Shown here: positions 54,701 to 56,240 of the stretch, piece by piece | Layout: every line of letters starts with the position of its first letter | Numbering within the stretch: position 1 is the stretch's first letter | Source of the DNA: Tolypothrix carrinoi HA7290-LM1 | GTDB taxonomy: Bacteria; Cyanobacteriota; Cyanobacteriia; Cyanobacteriales; Nostocaceae | Length of the DNA stretch: 56,240 nt | Direction: 5' to 3' | Assembly (NCBI GenBank): GCA_019358935.1 | Contig: JAHHIK010000054.1 | Span: 1-56,240, forward strand | The notes under the pieces: generated by a model | Databases searched by the model: none | Seen by the model: the letters and a program-made list of their open reading frames with translations, nothing else | Told to the model about the DNA's origin: nothing | Made by a program: the position numbers and the translations under genes

Positions 54701-55175
54701 ACAGTTAACGCGCAAGCAGATTAGCGATTATGGATCGTCCAATAATTCCGCACTCAACAATTTAACGGAAGAGCGCGGTTCGGAGTGGTTTCAAGCTTTA
54801 ATTCAGTATCTGCAAACAGCAGGTTTGAAAGCCGCAATGGGTCGCTCTTGGGCAGAAATGCTACAACAAATTCGCCACCACAGCGTTGATTTATTGCTGA
54901 TTTGTTTAGGTGAATCTTCTAATGAAAAAGAAGCGCGAGCTGCACTGAAAACATTAGGACAATTGCCTTTTGATTTGCCACCGATTTTGGTACTCGACCA
55001 GCGATTAAATCCCCAAGAGGTTAGTTCAGCGCATAAGAAAAACCAGAAAAAAACTCAGGATAAATTGGAGTCAATAGAAACGGTTGTGGATGCGATCGCT
55101 ACTCAGATTTTGCCCCGCTCAATCTCGATGGAAGATTTATTAAATCAGATTAATCAAGCTTTGAAGAGGGGTTAG
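51792..55175 (+). CDS. Hybrid histidine kinase (CBS-like N-terminus, HisKA, HATPase, atypical receiver domains)
   Basis: SHELKTPL, NAFKFT, DTGIGI, GTGLGL; three receiver-like segments; divergent from kaiABC. Confidence 0.9.
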   Translation: MPMLQYPLNDFVATVPSCRETTTLAVLLEIFAQQQCDRVVVVNEQEYPIGLLYSSRLIPQFLAAKQRQGNFKFLDLQQPISILDKALIEPIQILSASLNVDQFGLFLASQSGESNNLNWALIDADKKYLGLVDTVSLLRLLAQVEIDASESDRDNSKKTVQQKKASSTLIPKGRPAVACRQSPKQKEYQKEGHKPLVQLLERLPWPLMLQTSSGEVVTQNPAWWQQLGGLKDPEGVRQQVGEILNSSTKSEYPTATIGNIINTCNDLDDEVSRDIQLNCRENTSEVITKKSLSPRRKSIPIIKNLPEQIFTEANAANRCLFDSNLGICTCILEVQNGQERVWQFAKIPLDSIELKILNPELEMPQTQESEGNELWLVLATDVTEQQQLCKELAAKNADLVQLNRLKDEFLACISHELKTPLTAVLGLSRLLVDRQLGELNERQARYAGLIHQSGRHLMSVVNDILDLTRMETGQMELTLTPAKIRAVCDRAASEAKTIHTQNSKTPVNVSPQASRSPDHQFTLSIEPGLDQIIADELRLRQMLVHLLSNAFKFTETGGEIGLRVSRWEGWIAFTVWDTGIGIPEHQQHLIFQKFQQLENPLTRQFEGTGLGLVLTRALARLHGGDVSFLSREGKGSQFTLLLPPSPPKTNFGDRDMGVEDTAAHKIEDADSFPVLPRSRNCVSSTPANLAASEQRLVLVVEAVARYIEELTEQLTGLGYRVVIARSGCEAVEKARRLQPKAVFLNPLLPLLSGWDVLTLIKSDAATCHIPVIVTATGAEKEQAFANSADGFISLPVQHQVLAPLLEKLCAAKEAQQPSKDNAKINIHTPLRILRLVNSELESVNPHPSLREHRVIEVDDLDQAELLARVWQFDVILLDKEISKAKAYLQQLSQHPRLAALPLVTCDVATTLEASQVDGLSVFPCLSSFTNDKNSQTGKTDALLSVLQIASGMCCPPSLLVVDLTMLPDLPQLTRKQISDYGSSNNSALNNLTEERGSEWFQALIQYLQTAGLKAAMGRSWAEMLQQIRHHSVDLLLICLGESSNEKEARAALKTLGQLPFDLPPILVLDQRLNPQEVSSAHKKNQKKTQDKLESIETVVDAIATQILPRSISMEDLLNQINQALKRG

Positions 55176-55229
55176 GGGTTGGTTGTTGGGCATTGGGCAT
55201 TGGGCATTGGGCATTGGGCATTGGGCATT

Positions 55230-55280
55230 GGGGAGGCAGTGCGTTGGAAAGGCTCTGCCGACAGTCACGCACCTGCCGTC
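55230..55280. mobile_element. Single copy of the small dispersed hairpin repeat in (GGGCATT)n
   Basis: GGGGAGGCAGTGCGTTGG...GCACCTGCCGTC. Confidence 0.65.
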
Positions 55281-55473
55281 ATTGGGCAATGGGCAATTGT
55301 TTAATGGGCAATGGGCAATTGTTTAATGGGCAATTGTTTAATGGGCAATGGGAATAAAAAGAAGCGATCGCGTATTTCACTTGCCTACTTGGACTATGCC
55401 CCATGCCCCATGCCCCATGCCCCATGCCCCATGCCCCATGCCCCATGCCCCATGCCCCATGCCCCACTATCCA

Positions 55474-56070
55474 CTAACTCTTCAAAGGCACTCTAATCAA
55501 TTGATAAGCACCACTGCTGCCTAAATTTTCGTAATCGGCTGGTTGCAAATTCATTTGTATCAACTTTTTCGGCTGAGAGAGAAGCAGCACTGAGTTCGGG
55601 TGTGCTTTCTTTGCTGCTTGGTTTTGGATATGCTCTTGAGCTAGCTCAGGAAATTTGAAGAAAGTTACGTTTTCATGGGTGTAAAATACCACAGTTGGTT
55701 TTTTAAAGCCAACCATGATTAATTCTTCATTTGGTTGTTTTGCTTGGACTGCGATCGCTGACAATTCTCTTAAGGGCAACTGACGCTCACGATCTACCAA
55801 AAACAAAGCAGGCATCAGCACAACAATTAAAAACGCCGTTAATCCCAGTAAATTTACACAGATAATAGGTAGCCAAAGGCGACGCAATAATAAAACCGCA
55901 ATAATCACCGCACAAAGCAGCCAAATTATACCTCCCAACATTGGTAAATTTAACTGTTGAAGTTGTTGGGGAAAGTTAGGTGCAGCTGGATCTTTACCTA
56001 ATAATTCCGGTAAGTGAAATAATGCCACTCCTACCGCCGATAAAAATGCTACATTTACCCAGCCACTCCA
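55474..56070 (-). CDS. 3' part of an ArnT/GT39-like membrane glycosyltransferase (5' end beyond the repeat and window edge)
   Basis: TM helices, then DRERQLPLRELS...MVGFKKPTVVFYT...GAYQLIR, typical of cyanobacterial GT39 C-termini as recalled. Confidence 0.65.
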   Translation of the reverse strand, partial: WSGWVNVAFLSAVGVALFHLPELLGKDPAAPNFPQQLQQLNLPMLGGIIWLLCAVIIAVLLLRRLWLPIICVNLLGLTAFLIVVLMPALFLVDRERQLPLRELSAIAVQAKQPNEELIMVGFKKPTVVFYTHENVTFFKFPELAQEHIQNQAAKKAHPNSVLLLSQPKKLIQMNLQPADYENLGSSGAYQLIRVPLKS

Positions 56071-56240
56071 GAGGGGGGGATGGGGAGAGGGGGGGATGGG
56101 GGGATGGGGGGATGGGGGAGACAAGGGAGACAAGGGAGAGGGGGGAGACAAGGAAGACGAGGAGACAAACTCCCCCGGGCCCGGGGGGCCCGGGGGGCCC
56201 GGGGGGGCGGGGGGGGGGGGGGGGGGGGGGGGGGGCGGGG

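Noticed and set aside
56170..56240. G-rich terminal tract as a G-quadruplex or special element
   Set aside because: It degrades into poly-G at the window end, typical of low-quality read or contig ends; probably an artefact.

Overview
A chromosomal segment of a filamentous, heterocyst-forming (Nostocales-type) cyanobacterium. This rests on dense HIP1 octamers (GCGATCGC), heptamer/nonamer tandem repeats (STRR), fraCDE-fraF, a short KaiA and a HgdD-like TolC. Core genes include fed3-type ferredoxin, a DUF3326 protein, a CPBP protease, purN, a sugar ABC permease, cobO, a Na+/H+ antiporter, sipA, PrxQ, ppk2, tRNA-Val(GAC), a PSII S4-domain protein, kaiABC and several histidine kinases. Accessory or unusual parts: (1) a ~320-nt multi-hairpin leader in front of a TerB-like gene; (2) a 273-bp duplicated pseudogene bracketing a toxin-antitoxin pair, a four-helix-bundle gene and a GUN4 remnant; (3) a three-gene secreted TPR-trypsin protease operon; (4) a folK-pabB-ORFan block bounded by a duplicated purN 3' end; (5) a TSD-motif chloride-pump rhodopsin inside a two-component cluster; (6) tiny self-nesting hairpin repeats and inverted-STRR elements; (7) two unannotated small ORFs and an in-frame TAG splitting an N-terminal extension from kaiA. 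All calls were made by eye from motifs and recalled family features; no searches were run.
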